Below are positions 22,741-35,513 of a stretch of 64,000 nt of DNA, piece by piece. Each line of letters starts with the position of its first letter. The first letter of the stretch is position 1. The position numbers and the translations under genes were made by a program. Under the pieces are notes generated by a model. It saw only the letters and a program-made list of their open reading frames with translations. It made no database searches and was not told the origin of the DNA. The DNA is from Octopus sinensis. Taxonomy: Eukaryota. The DNA lies in assembly GCF_006345805.1 (NCBI RefSeq), contig NC_043006.1:102548001-102612000 (forward strand). Reading direction: 5' to 3'.

Positions 22741-23347
22741 TACATTGCCTTTTGATTAACTTTTATATATGTAATAGGGAATCAAAAAGTAATGCACATT
22801 AAAATTGCATTACTTTCTAACTCACCCACTTATTTCTAAATTTGGCACCAAGCTAGCGATTTTGTGACATAAGGCCACAGGTTTTGAGAGAGAGAGAGAG
22901 AGAGATATAGTTAGTTGATTATATGAAAGTTAGTTCTAGGCCGATATTTCATTTTATCGAACCTGGAGGAATAAAAGGCAAAGGTGATCTCGGCAGGATT
23001 TGAACTCTCGACATAAAGTGTTAGAACAAATACTGCTTGGTAGTTTATCCAACGCACTAACGATTCTGCTAACCCACGACACATGCTTTTCAAAGTAATA
23101 ATGAATTCTGACATTGATATATAGCCAGAAATTTGAGGGAAGTGGTTAGAGTATAACTTAATAATAATGGCTTCTGAGTTAGACATAAAGCCAGCAATTT
23201 TGAGGGGAGGGGTAGTCGATCATTTCAACACAGTACTTGATTGGTATTTTATCTAAATCAACCGCGGTGGGAATAAAGATACAATTGATATAAAACGGAT
23301 TTGAATTCAGAACGTAAAGAGTCGGAGCAAACACTGCAAATGCTCAC

Positions 23348-23412
23348 GGGCATGTGGCGTAGTGGTTAAGAGCTACTAACCCCAAGATTCCGAGTTCGAT
23401 TCCAGGCAGTGA

Positions 23413-23443
<31 letters not shown>

Positions 23444-23476
23444 GATGATAATAATAATAATAATAATAATAATAAT
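23348..23476 (+). mobile_element. Short tRNA-derived element with (TAA)n tail
   Basis: TGGCGTAGTGG A-box, GAGTTCGATTCC B-box, about 70-bp head directly followed by about 60 bp of (AAT)n. Confidence 0.6.
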
Positions 23477-23902
23477 GGTCTAAATATTGGTTTCAAATTT
23501 TGGCAGAAGGCCAGAAGTTTCAGGTGAGTGGGTAAGTCGATTACATCGACCCCCACTACTCAACTGGTACTTGTTTTATCACCTGCAAAAGATAAAAAGC
23601 AAAGTTGACCTCGGTGGAATTTGAACTCAGGACGTAAAGACGGACGAAATGCCGCTAAACATTTTGCCCGGCTTGATAGCGATTCTGCTAGTTTGCCTTC
23701 CTTGTTCTGTTAGGAATATCAGGACTTTTATTATCTCATATGGCATTTAAAAAAATCGTCTTTAAAAGTTGAACTCGAAGTAGATAAAGCTATAAATAAT
23801 AGCATTGGTTTAAAAACCTAAAGCGACATTCGACTTTTTCTTGCCAAACGGCTTTTAACCCAGTTTTTTTGCACGCTAGTATCTATGGTTTTATCTTAAA
23901 GC

Positions 23903-24470
23903 GGCGAGGTGGCAGAAACGTTAGCACGCCGGGCGAAATGCTTAGCGGTATTTCGTCTACCGTTACGTTCTGAGTTCAAATTACGCTGAGGTCGACTTTG
24001 CTTTTCATCCTTTCGGGGTCGATAAATTAAGTACCAGTTGCGCACTGGGGTCGATGTAATCGACTTAATACCTATGTCTGTCCTTGTTTGTCCCCTCTGT
24101 GTTTAGCCCCTTGTGGGTAGTAAAGAAATAGGTATTTCGTCTGCCGCTACGTTCTGAGTTCAAATTACGCCGAGGTCAACTTTGCCTTTCATCCTTTCGG
24201 GGTTGATAAATTAAGTACCAGTTACGCACTGGGGTCGATGTAATTGATTTAATCCCTTTGTCTGTCCTTGTTTGTCCCCTCTATGTTTAGCCCCTTGTGG
24301 GTAGTAAAGAAATAGGTATTTCGTCTGCCGCTACGTTCTGAGTTCAAATTCCGCTGAGTTCGACTTTGTCTTTCATCCTTTCGGGGTCAATGAATTAAGT
24401 ACCAGTTGCGTACTGGGGTCGATGTAATCGACTGACCCCCACCCCTCCTCCCAAAATTTCGGGACTTGTA
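23903..24470 (+). mobile_element. Head-to-tail tandem trimer of SINE family A
   Basis: Junction aaagaaataGGTATTTCGTCTG at about 24131 and 24315; 184-bp period. Confidence 0.88.
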
Positions 24471-25716
24471 CATAGAGTAGAAAAAAATCGTTAGCACGCA
24501 GGACAAAATACTTAGTGGTATTTCGTCCGTCTTTACATTCTGAGTTCAAATTTCGCTTTTGACGTCTTTGCTTCCATCTTTTCGGGGTCGATAAAATAAG
24601 TACCATTTGAGTACTGTGTTCGATGTAATAGACTTACCCCTCACACCTGAACTTGCTAGGCTTGTGCCTAAATGTGAAACCATTATTTATAGCTTTATCT
24701 ACTTCGAGTTCAACTGTTAAAAAAAAAAATCATTCCACATTCTTTTGAAGTTTCTAAATTATTATTCTTTTATTCTTATACTTGTTTCAGTCATTTGACT
24801 GCGGCCATGCTGGAGCACCGCTTTTAGTCTAACAAATCGACCCCAGGGCTTATTCTTTGCAAGCCTATTCTATCGGTCTCTTTTGCCGAACCACTAAGTG
24901 ACAGGGACGTAAACACACCAACATCAGTTGTCAAGCGATGGTGGGAGACAAACACAGATACACAAACAATTTTCGCAAGGCCTCTGAATGGAAAGGAGGG
25001 AGGGAGGAAGGTGTCCCCAAACTGATAGCCGAACCAAATGCTTACTGCAGAATAAACTCCAGAGAACAAACATCTCATGGTACCTAGTCTTATATATTTA
25101 TACTGAGATCAATTAGTATTAATGTATATTTAAGAACATTAAGTTTTGGTTATATAAGCTCATCACGCTAATTTGTTGTGATTGGTTGAAATACCTGTCA
25201 TATGAATTATTGGACGTTCAATGAGCCCTGTATTGTGATTAGTTAAGTTTTGCGTGGGAAGTGAATCGAAGGTCCAAACACGTTGCGCGTAATATATTTC
25301 AAATGACTAACCCTGTATATGTCCTGGTGCCTCCCTTTTCTCATAAATTGGTGCAACAAATTATTTATGAGTCAGAGGGGTGAGAATTTCTACCGAGGCC
25401 AATTTTGCAGATCCTGGCGTTTTCGGAGGAGAATTGATGGATCTCTTCAATTTGACGGCCAGATTTTTAAATTTATTTTTTTTTTACCTAAACACTTTGA
25501 AACTTCGGATTTTGGTAGAACGTATCACATAGAACACTCTCAACGTTTTTGACAAAATTTTGTATTTTAGAAGTTATTTCGCGTTAAAGTCGTCGTATTT
25601 GGATAATTTTAACCAATCAATGACGTGTATTCAGCTGAAGAAGATTGCTGCTGCTGTTTGCGAACAACTTCCGGGTCCATTACACACACACACACGCATA
25701 CACACACACACACACG

Positions 25717-25750
<34 letters not shown>

Positions 25751-26385
25751 ACACACACACACACACACACACGCACATTAATAATAAGTAGAAGTTACAG
25801 AGTTACAATGGCCAAATTCGTGTTTGATAAGTGCCAATGATATATATACATATATGCCGATGATATATATATATATATACACATACATATATGTGTAAAA
25901 AAATCTCACCACGCAATCGAACCAATGAAAGAGCCTCTACCTGGTCGCTCGAGACGCTAAAAATAGCAGCCAAAGTATCGCCCTGCCTAAATCACCCGCC
26001 CATTGTACGTAATGTCCTAGATTATCCCTAAAAAGACGGTTTGCTGAAGGCTGGAATGTCTTTGATGATAGGATTGCTGTATCAGGGTTGATTGGGGGCT
26101 AAATAACAAGAAAATTGTGGTCCTTAGTGAAAATGGTGCGGGTGAAAAGATCAGTGGTGGTGGGGGTGAAATTTCCGAGGCTTCAACCTCACCCCACCCC
26201 GTTTTTCGGACCCAAAAAAATGTTTTGCGGCATATTAGGAGGTCACAGGAATTCATTCAATATAAAAAGAAAAATTCCAATGATTCCGGGATGGAGGAGG
26301 GGGAGGGCGGTCGGTCCCCACCCCACCCCCTTTTTTTCCGAACCATATTAGGAGGTCAGGGTACTTGATTCCACGCAAAAAATCC

Positions 26386-26803
26386 GGATCTTTTCGGTTT
26401 GACCGGCAGTTTTTTCTAGCGGTGTCATATGAAATTGTCACCCATAGTTATGACCCTAGTATCGATCTATTGCATTTCAATCTGTTTTAGGATTAGGGTT
26501 AGGGGTGGGAGGGAAGGGTATCTTTTTTTCTTCACAAATGTAAATAAACCCAATCTGTTTCTTAAACGAGGGACATATTCATGCGGCACAGAATGTTTTT
26601 TAACTCAATAGACGTCACTGATTGGTTGAAATTGCAGAAATTGAAGAAAAAAAAACAACAAATATCTTGCAAACAATAGAATTTTCTCAAAAAAGCCAAG
26701 AGGAAAATATGTTTTATAAACACATTCTACCAGTACACAAAGTTTAAGATTTTTTAGTTACGTGGAAATTATTTTAAAAAACTGCCGTTCAAACCGAAAA
26801 GAT
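26386..26803. mobile_element. Same MITE family, copy 2
   Basis: Collinear with 16024-16439; aaaaatcc repeated on both flanks; terminal CC lost. Confidence 0.88.
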
Positions 26804-27325
26804 AAAAAATCCAAGTTTCTATATTTTTTTTTTAGCGAAAATCGTGCGAGAGTTAATATAGGAATTTCCGAAACGTTGCTAAGCATTTAGTCCGGCGTGC
26901 TAACCATTCTGCCACTTGCAAATTTAAAAGCTACTTGAGAAAATGTTGTAACAAATAAAATATGCAGCAAGGTGGATGAGAGAACAAACACTTCTACCGC
27001 TCAGATACTACGTAATCATAAACCTTTAATCCTAGAAGAATATATTTGGAGCAAGAAACCGCATTAAAGGCCTGTGTTTATGGTTATACAACAAAACTAC
27101 CGAAGAAACTAACAGCTGCCAGATTCCACGAAGATTAAGAGTGGATACAGCGGAAGGGAGGCTACTCTGCGTGATTGTGTTTCTCTATAGTAATTGAGAA
27201 CGGCTGTTTTCAAGCTTTTAGGTTTGGTGTGAGTGTGCGCGTGCTTGTGTGCGCGCGTGCGTGCATGAGTATGTATGTATGTATGTATGTATGTATGTAT
27301 GTATGTATGTATGTATGTATGTATG

Positions 27326-27366
<41 letters not shown>

Positions 27367-27678
27367 GTGTGTGTGTGTGTATATTATCGAGATTCTTGAT
27401 GTGAAAACGCGTGTTGCAACAGATTTTGTTATACTTGGTGATGGTAATTATTTTTGTCAATTAAACACACGCACTATGAAATCTTCACTTTAGATTTAAT
27501 ATTATAGTTCTTCTTCTTATTAGTTTATTTGCCAGAATTCTTTCGTCACACATTCAGTGACCGCTGAAAAGGTCACAATAGGTGAGAGCATGTGGAGGAA
27601 AAAATAGTACTTGAATGCCAAATGTAGAGTAATATAATTTTTATTTTTTAATTAAAGCTGCAAAAATATCACCGAACG

Positions 27679-27890
27679 GTTACTCAGAGTTTCGCTTTCC
27701 TGTTCGTCGGACAGATGTGATGAAGGCTCGCCTTGATAGAAACTCTGCTTCCTCTGACTCGTAAATGATTTGTGGCGCCAATTTATGGAAAACGGGGAGG
27801 CACCAGAACTCATACAGGATCAGTCGTTTGAAATACTCAGTATTCATCACTACCGTCCGATGAACGGGAACGTGAAACTCTGAGTAACAG
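27679..27890. ncRNA. Inverted pair of minimal hammerhead-ribozyme-like motifs (Penelope pseudo-LTR type)
   Basis: Plus 27853-27890: ccgt-CCGATGA-acg ggaa cgt-GAAA-ctc t gag-TA-acag; a degenerate antisense copy is at 27679-27714. Confidence 0.55.
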
Positions 27891-28175
27891 CTCCGTGAAA
27901 ATGTTGTAACTTTAAGAAAAGAGATGTCAAATCAGTGTTCTTCTTCTACTTGTTTCAGTCATTTGACTGGGGCCATGCTGGAGCACCGTCTTTAGTCGAG
28001 CAAATCGACCCCGAGACTTATTCTTTGTTAGCCTAGTACTTATTCTACCGGTCTCTTTTGCCGAACTGCTACGTTACGGGAAGGTGAACACACCAGCATC
28101 GGTTGTCAAGTGATGTTGGGGGGGGGGCACAGACACACAAAGATACACACACACATACATACATACATACATACA

Positions 28176-28267
<92 letters not shown>

Positions 28268-28729
28268 CATATATACGACGGGCTTCTTTCAGTTTCCGTC
28301 TACCAAATCCACTCACAAGGCTTTGGTCGGCCCGAGGCTATAGCAGAAGACATTTGCCCAGGGTGCCACGCAGTGGGACTGAACCTGAGACCATGTGGTT
28401 GGTGAGCAAGCTACTATATTTCATTAAATTTGTCATGGAGACAGTACACAGATTAGGTAGCTTTGCGGGCTGGACACGGGCATTAATGAGATGAATGATA
28501 ATGATACAAGGATGATAAGGAAGGGAGAAGACAGAAAGCGCCCGCCGACCCTCTGCTTCTCTATAACATTGTTCTTTAACAAATCATTAGACGAGGCAAT
28601 GAACCTCTTACAAAAATGACAACAATATTAATCTACAAATATAGAATTTACATATTTCGGCGTTAAGCCTATTCTTCTTCGCCCCCGACCAGGCTGTGAG
28701 CTGAGGGAGAGGGAGAGAGGGAGAGAGGA

Positions 28730-28781
<52 letters not shown>

Positions 28782-28820
28782 AAGGAAGAGGTGATTGAAA
28801 AATACAGAGCATCTAAATGT

Positions 28821-29205
28821 GTGGAAGCACTCCGTCGGTTACGACGATGAGGGTTCCAGTTGATCCGATCAACGGAACAGCCTGCTCGTGAAATTAACGT
28901 GTAAGTGGCTGAGTACTCCACAGACACGTGCACCCTCAACGTAGTTCTCGGGGATATTCAGCGTGACACAGAGAGTGACAAGGCCGGCCCTTTGAAATAC
29001 AGGTACAGCAGAAACAGGAAGTAAGAGTGAGAGAAAGTTGTGGTGAAAGAGTACAGCAGGGATCACCACCATCCCCTGCCGGAGCCTCGTGGAGCTTTAG
29101 GTGTTTTCGCTCAATAAACACTCACAACGCCCGGTCTGGGAATCGAAACCGCAATCCTACGACCGCGAGTCCGCTGCCCTAACCACTGGACCATTGCGCC
29201 TCCAC
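28821..29205 (-). mobile_element. tRNA-derived SINE family C with 13-bp TSD
   Basis: TSD agcatctaaatgt at 28808-28820 and 29206-29218; A-box TGGTCCAGTGG, B-box GGTTTCGATTCC; second copy at 31362-31748. Confidence 0.9.
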
Positions 29206-29879
29206 AGCATCTAAATGTATTGTATTTACGATTGGAAAAATAATTTTTTCACTGTTCAGGCCATGATTTGGCAGAAGGTGGTAGCGGTATCTGTGAGACC
29301 GTAGGTTGTGGAACTTAAATGCATTGTATTATTAACTTTTGTCCTATAGAAGCTACACATCACCTTTTATTCTTCCAGGATAGGCAACATGGTACCAAGT
29401 CAGTCACTCAACTCATTTAACATTTACCCACACGTCTTGTGCCTATTCTCTATTCTTTTACTGATTCCAGTCAAGGGGTTTAGGCGTTCTTATAGATCCC
29501 AGAACTTATTTCAGCCTAGATATTATTTTAGCGCGCTTGGTTTATCGATAGGCGTACACCATTTTCATCGAGGGTCCGTATGATGACAACCAATTATAAG
29601 CCAATTATATACCAGCACTTTGATCACGGATACTGTCAGGAGGCCTTCTATCTGTCTGATTGGCATAATATTTTCTACTATAGGGCACAAGACCAGAAAT
29701 TTTTGGGAAGGAGGTCAGTCGATTACATCGACCTCTGTGCTCAGCTGGTATTTATTTCATCAACACCAAAAGATAAAAGGCAAAGTCGACCTCGGCAGAA
29801 TCTGAATTCAGAACGTAAAGACAGACAAAATTTCGCTTAACATTTTGACCGGCGTGCAGACGATTCTGTGGTCGTAATA

Positions 29880-31020
29880 ATGTATCGTGTTTCTGACATT
29901 TAATTAGGAGCAGAACATCATTCGAGTTATCTAATCCTTCCTATTCACTCCTTCTCAATTGCGTCATTCCAGAAGTTCGACTCTTTGAAAACTCTAGAAT
30001 GGTGACCGTCAAGCAAAATGACTTTTATCTTGATTTGGTATTCTAAATAGAACGGAGTCTAAGCTAGCGTAAAGTTTCTCCTTATTTTCCGTGTCTACAC
30101 GGACGTACATTAATGGCTGTAGCGCATCTGTTAGAGCTAATAAGCTTTATATGGATAATCACCAATCTTTAACTGATACGGATAGGTAGTTCATTCTTAG
30201 ATTATCGATCAGATCATTAATAGCCTGTCAACTGGATCATAATAGCCTGTCGACCGGATCACAAAACTTACTCCATGTAAGCGCTACACTTCTCATAACC
30301 TTTCCTTTCCAAAAGAAAATACATCCATAGCCATATTCCTTTAGCTGGTCCCCACCAGCCAGTTCTGTGTCGCTATGTTGCAATATAGGTATTAAAGCGT
30401 GCTACTTCCTTGGAAGCGAGTTCTGACTGTTGTTCAGGCTGAAGGCCGTTCGGTTTGTCAGTAAGAGTTTGAATATTTCCAGATCCAGATTTTACTTTAT
30501 ATTGTTTCTTTCGTTCTCAGAAAGCGATTCTCTAGATTCTGAGATCAGCCGGGAAAGCTGAAACTGGTTGTGTTCGAAGTAAATTTTCTTGCTTCTTCCT
30601 AATACAGGTCGAGCAGATTGAATCCTAGAAAGGACTTCTCAGACACCGCTACACCTGCTGAAATACGGTTCATATGTCTGACGACCATCACACAGTTTGT
30701 TGTGTCTGCGTTATTTTGTGACGAGGAGATACTCGATGACACAACTGTGTTTCTGTTGCTACAAGATGAGTTTGGAAAAGAGGGAATTCGGGGGCAGATC
30801 ATTGATTGGTTTTGTCTTACATGGAAACACCATTACATATCAGTTTCCGCACCATCTTGACAGTGAGATACTTTGGTCAAATGCCAAGGAGTCCAGAGAC
30901 AATTGGAGGTAATGAATTGTTGTGATCCTCATACAGTGTCACAGCCATTGAAGATGTCTGTGCAATCCACCCTCACCTGTTCTTTCGGACTTGGGACTTC
31001 ACTATATCCCCTGGCAAGGG
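29880..31020 (-). mobile_element. Decayed RTE-clade LINE 5' region with APE endonuclease
   Basis: GNIQTLTDK..PEQQSELASKEVARF, EYGYGCIFFWKGK, HGVKF, KEKLYASLDSVLFRIPNQDK match RTE APE across frameshifts. Confidence 0.7.
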
Positions 31021-31361
31021 AGGTAAAGAAACTGTTAGTATTTGTTCAAGGTGACCCCTCGAGTCTGTGCAGGAAAGGACTGTATTAATAGAGTGTTTCT
31101 TAAACTGACAAATACCAGACCCCTTTCCAAAAATATCAGAGAAAATTTGTTGCTTCCACTCTGCTTTTGATTTAGGAATAAGATCAAAAATTTTGAGAGG
31201 AGATGTTTATTAATACCATCAGTTTCAGTACTTGATCGGGAGACACGAAATTTGAAGTTGACCTCAGCGGCATTTGAACTCAGAACGTAAGGAGTCGGAG
31301 GAAATACTGCAAAACGCTTTGCCGAACCCTCTAATGATTCTGCCAATACACACATACAGGG

Positions 31362-31748
31362 GAGGAAGCACTCCGTCGGTTACGACGGCGAGGGTTCCAG
31401 TTGATCCGAATCAACGGAACAGCCTGCTCGTGAAATTAACGTGTAAGTGGCTGAGCACTCCACAGACACGTGTACCCTCAACGTAGTTCTCGGGGATATT
31501 CAGCGTGACACAGAGAGTGACAAGGCCGACCCCTTGAAATACAGGTACAACAGAAACAGGAAGTAAGAGTGAGAGAAAGTTGTGGTGAAAGAGTACAGCA
31601 GGGATCATCACCATCCCCTGCCGGAGCCTCGTGGAGCTCTTAGGTGTTTTCGCTCAATAAACACTCACAACGCCCGGTCTGGGAATCGAAACCGCGATCC
31701 TATGACCACGAGTCCGCTGCTCTAACCACTGGGCCATTGCGCCTCCGC
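31362..31748 (-). mobile_element. SINE family C copy
   Basis: Nearly collinear with 28821-29205; acacataca on both flanks. Confidence 0.88.
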
Positions 31749-32280
31749 ATACACATACAATTACTTATACATCTAAACAGTTGCTTATTCGAGCACATGT
31801 TGGAATACGCGTTACAAATATTTTCTTCAGAAACAGAAACGTTTGTGGAGTGATTTCCTGTGACAGTAGAATAAAACCTGGCCCCTCTATAATTCTTCTT
31901 TCCCCGCTTTTTTTTTGCCATGATGGGGGACAAGTTGAATAGTTTAAAACCATCTTGAATTTATTAAACGTGACAATTTGGGTGACCCTTATTTCAGTCA
32001 ATCCTCACAACACTCCCTCCACCATTATCCACGGCAGCCACTCCGCTGGTGTAGTTTGTGGTGCGCGGACCGCACGGAGAGGACTACTTTAAATGTATGT
32101 CGCAGGTAAAGAGGGGGAAGTCAATTTGGGTATCGCACAGGGCGGCCGAAACACACCCTACACCGCTGAGCCTTCCCTCTTCCCTATGAAAACCGCTGAC
32201 TTAATAATGCCACTTTCACTCCGGGGAGCGTCCATATTCATCTACTTTACTCTCATAAGAACACGCACACACACACACAC

Positions 32281-32354
<74 letters not shown>

Positions 32355-32653
32355 CACACACACACACATGCACATTATTTGTTATATAAGCATATGCGCA
32401 TGCAAAGTTATGTTCGCACACACGAACATAACATAGAAATACGCAAATATTCCCTTCACAAAAATATGCAGGTTTGCAGTGGTTTCCCGTGATAAAATTT
32501 ATTAACGAAATCAAATAGTTTGTGGAGTTGTTTCCCTTGAATAACTCCGTGATTTGTTCCATCCAAGATTAGGAAATTAAAGGAAGAAGAGCGCCAGTTT
32601 TTCATGTCTCTCTGTAGGCCCACAATCCATAACAAACGATATAGACTGGATCC

Positions 32654-33076
32654 GGGTCTTTTCGGTTTGAACGGCAGTTTTTTCTAGCGGTGTCATATGA
32701 AATTGTCACCCATAATTATGACCCTAGAATCGATCTATTGCATTTCAATCTCTTTTAGGGTTAGGGTTAGGGTTAGGGGGAAGGGTATCTTTTTTTCTTC
32801 ACAAATGTAAATAAACCCAATCTGTTTCTTAAACGAGGGACATATTCATACGGCACAGAATGTTTTTTTTTTTACCTCAATGGACGTCAGTGATTGGTTG
32901 AAATTGCAGAAATTGAAGAAAAAACAACCACAAATATCTAACAAACTATAGAATTTTCTCAATAAAGCCAAGAGAAAAAGATGTTTTATAAACACATTCT
33001 ACCAGTATACGAAGTTTAAAATTTTTTAGTTACCAAGAAATTATGTTAAAAACTGCGGTTCAAACTGAAAAGATCC
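32654..33076. mobile_element. Same MITE family, copy 3 (a terminal fragment also lies at 19953-20015)
   Basis: TSD ctggatcc at 32646-32653 and 33077-33084. Confidence 0.9.
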
Positions 33077-33733
33077 CTGGATCCAACTGGAAATCAATAT
33101 CATTTTGTAGAATTAGCTTTATTCATCTTCTTTTAGAAATTTCTTTTCCTCTTAACTTTTATATCTAAACTATGACCGCTTCCATCATTACCTCTTTTTC
33201 ATCGCATATTTTTTATACTAAAATAATCTTTTCTACTATACGCATAAGGCCTGGATTATGTAGGGTAGGGAGACTATCGATCACACCAACCCCCACTATT
33301 CAACTGGTACTTGATTTATCGTCCCCGATAAAGAATGAAGGGTAAAGTCGACCTCGGCGGAATTTGAACTCAGAACGTAGCGGCAGACGAAATACAGCTA
33401 AACATTTCGCCCGGCCTGCTAACGATTCTGCCAGCTCGCCGCCTTATTTTATTATAAGGCAATACTCTTTTACTCTTTTACTTGTTTCAGTCATTTTGAC
33501 TGTGGCCATGCTGGAGCGCTGCCTTTTAGTCGAGCAAATCAATCCCAGGACTTATTCTTTGTAAGCCTAGTACTTATTCTATCGGTCTCTTTTGCCGAAC
33601 CGCTGAGTTACGGAGACGTAAACACACCAGCATCGGTTGTCAAGCGATGTTGGTGGGACAAAAACAGACTCGCAAACATATACACACACATACATATATA
33701 TATATGTATATATATATACATATACATATATAC

Positions 33734-33814
<81 letters not shown>

Positions 33815-33889
33815 CATATATACGACGGGCTTCTTTCAGTTTCCGCCTACCAAATCTACTCACAAGGCTTTGGTCGGCCCGAAGCTATA

Positions 33890-34745
33890 AGGATGAGCTG
33901 GCTGCTCTGCTCTGGAGGATTTTCAAGTCGAAGATTACTATGGATAACTTCCAGAAATCCTTGTTTATTAAGCTAAATTCTACAGGCACAGAAATACTGC
34001 CAGACAGACTGTCCTAGATATACGATGAAACCTTACTGCACACACTCATGCAGCATTTCATGTCTAAGCATTGCTCACCTGTGGAGTTATGCTGAGCAGA
34101 CTTCTGTGGTGTAGAACGGATCCGGCCATCGGTCGAGTCCATCGAAAAGATCACCTCACCATCCACTACAAATAGGGCTTAGGAGGCTGTTTTCTTCCGT
34201 CTGGTGGCCTTTGCGAAGTAGTTTCGTGACGGACAAGGCCGAAGGGATTATCTTTATCGTTTTATCCTTTTCTAGTTTCAATCATTAGACTGCGGCCATG
34301 CTGGAGCATCGCCTTGAAGAATTTTTAGTTGAATGAATCGACCCCAAGACTTCTCTCAGTTTTCATCTACCAAATCCACTTACAAGGCTTTGGTCTGTCG
34401 AAGGCTGTAGTAGAAAACACTGACCCACGTGAGTAGGAAATAAGCTTCTTACCACACAGCCGTGCCTGTGCCTGGACAGATACTTTCTTCATTGGTCAAA
34501 CCCGCGTCGACTTTTTAGATACTCCATGGGAAGAAAATTGAAAATGGAGAAGGGTGCCCTCCACCACTGAATTCGTCAAAAGGTGGGTGTCTGTGGTATG
34601 TATGGTTGAAGTGGATGGAACTACTCTAAGCGTGTACCTGTAGGTCGGAGGACAATAATTTCGAGAGGGTATGTACTCTTGATGGCGAAGGTGATTGTGG
34701 ATCCCTGAAAGTCCTTGATTGGCTCCAGATGGATGCACTCTTATA
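33890..34745 (+). mobile_element. Tx1/L1-clade LINE 3' fragment interrupted by SINE sequence (about 34270-34475)
   Basis: DETLLHTL Zn-finger remnant, VFFRLVAFAK, EFVKRWVSVVCMVEVDGTTLSVYL. Confidence 0.55.
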
Positions 34746-35298
34746 TCAAGAGGACTACATTATCCATGTATTCATATATTTGGTTAATAAATGTATTTCT
34801 TAGTCATGTATTACTTATACATTTTAGACGTATATTACTTATTATATGTACTTTTTATCCCATCTCTCTCTGCCCCTTTCTTCCTCCTCACCCGATTTCA
34901 TGTATATCCACAGACAAATTGTCACCTGTTTTTGTACTGACCACTTCAGTTGCCACTCAGGAAAATAAAAGAAATTGTTGACTTATGTCAACAATTTGAA
35001 ACCGCTGTAAAAGCGACGAATTGGCAGAACCGTTGGTGCGTCGGACAGAATGCTGAGCGGCATTACTTAGGGTTCTTTACGTTCCAAGTTCAAATTTCAC
35101 CGAGGCCGAATTTGCCTTTCATCCTTTCGGGGTCGATAAAATAATACCACTCGAACAGTGGGGTTGTTGTAATCGGCAAGCCCTCCGTCCATGATGACAA
35201 TTTCAGAAGAAAGAATTAATATCATTTTGGCACTCACTGGGGACAACAGTGAATACCAAAACGATTCGATGACGTCACCAATGAAGCATAAACTTCTT

Positions 35299-35513
35299 CG
35301 ACGGGGTTTTGAAAAGTTCCTGGCTTTGAGTAAAAGAAACTACAGGATGAGGATCAGTTAATTCTGATTTTATTCAACATATTCCTTTTCCAGATTCACT
35401 CACTGCAGCGGTCATTCAACTTTTCTAAGCTCTGTAAAAGAACTCGGAAGGTTGGCCCTCCAACCAGGCTTCTTGCAATTCCCTTAAAGCCAGGAACTTC
35501 TCAGCATCTCCTC
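35299..35513. mobile_element. Mariner-derived MITE
   Basis: Imperfect TIR cgacggggttttgaaaagttcctggcttt / aaagccaggaacttctcagcatctcctc. Confidence 0.55.

Noticed and set aside
28821-29205. tRNA genes (here and at 23348, 39457, 51540)
   Set aside because: A and B boxes are present, but the cloverleafs are incomplete and continue into SINE bodies; TSDs where checked
32000-32240. GC-rich patch as a promoter or as the terminal exon of the microexon gene
   Set aside because: Several splice readings on both strands are equally possible; nothing in the sequence discriminates between them
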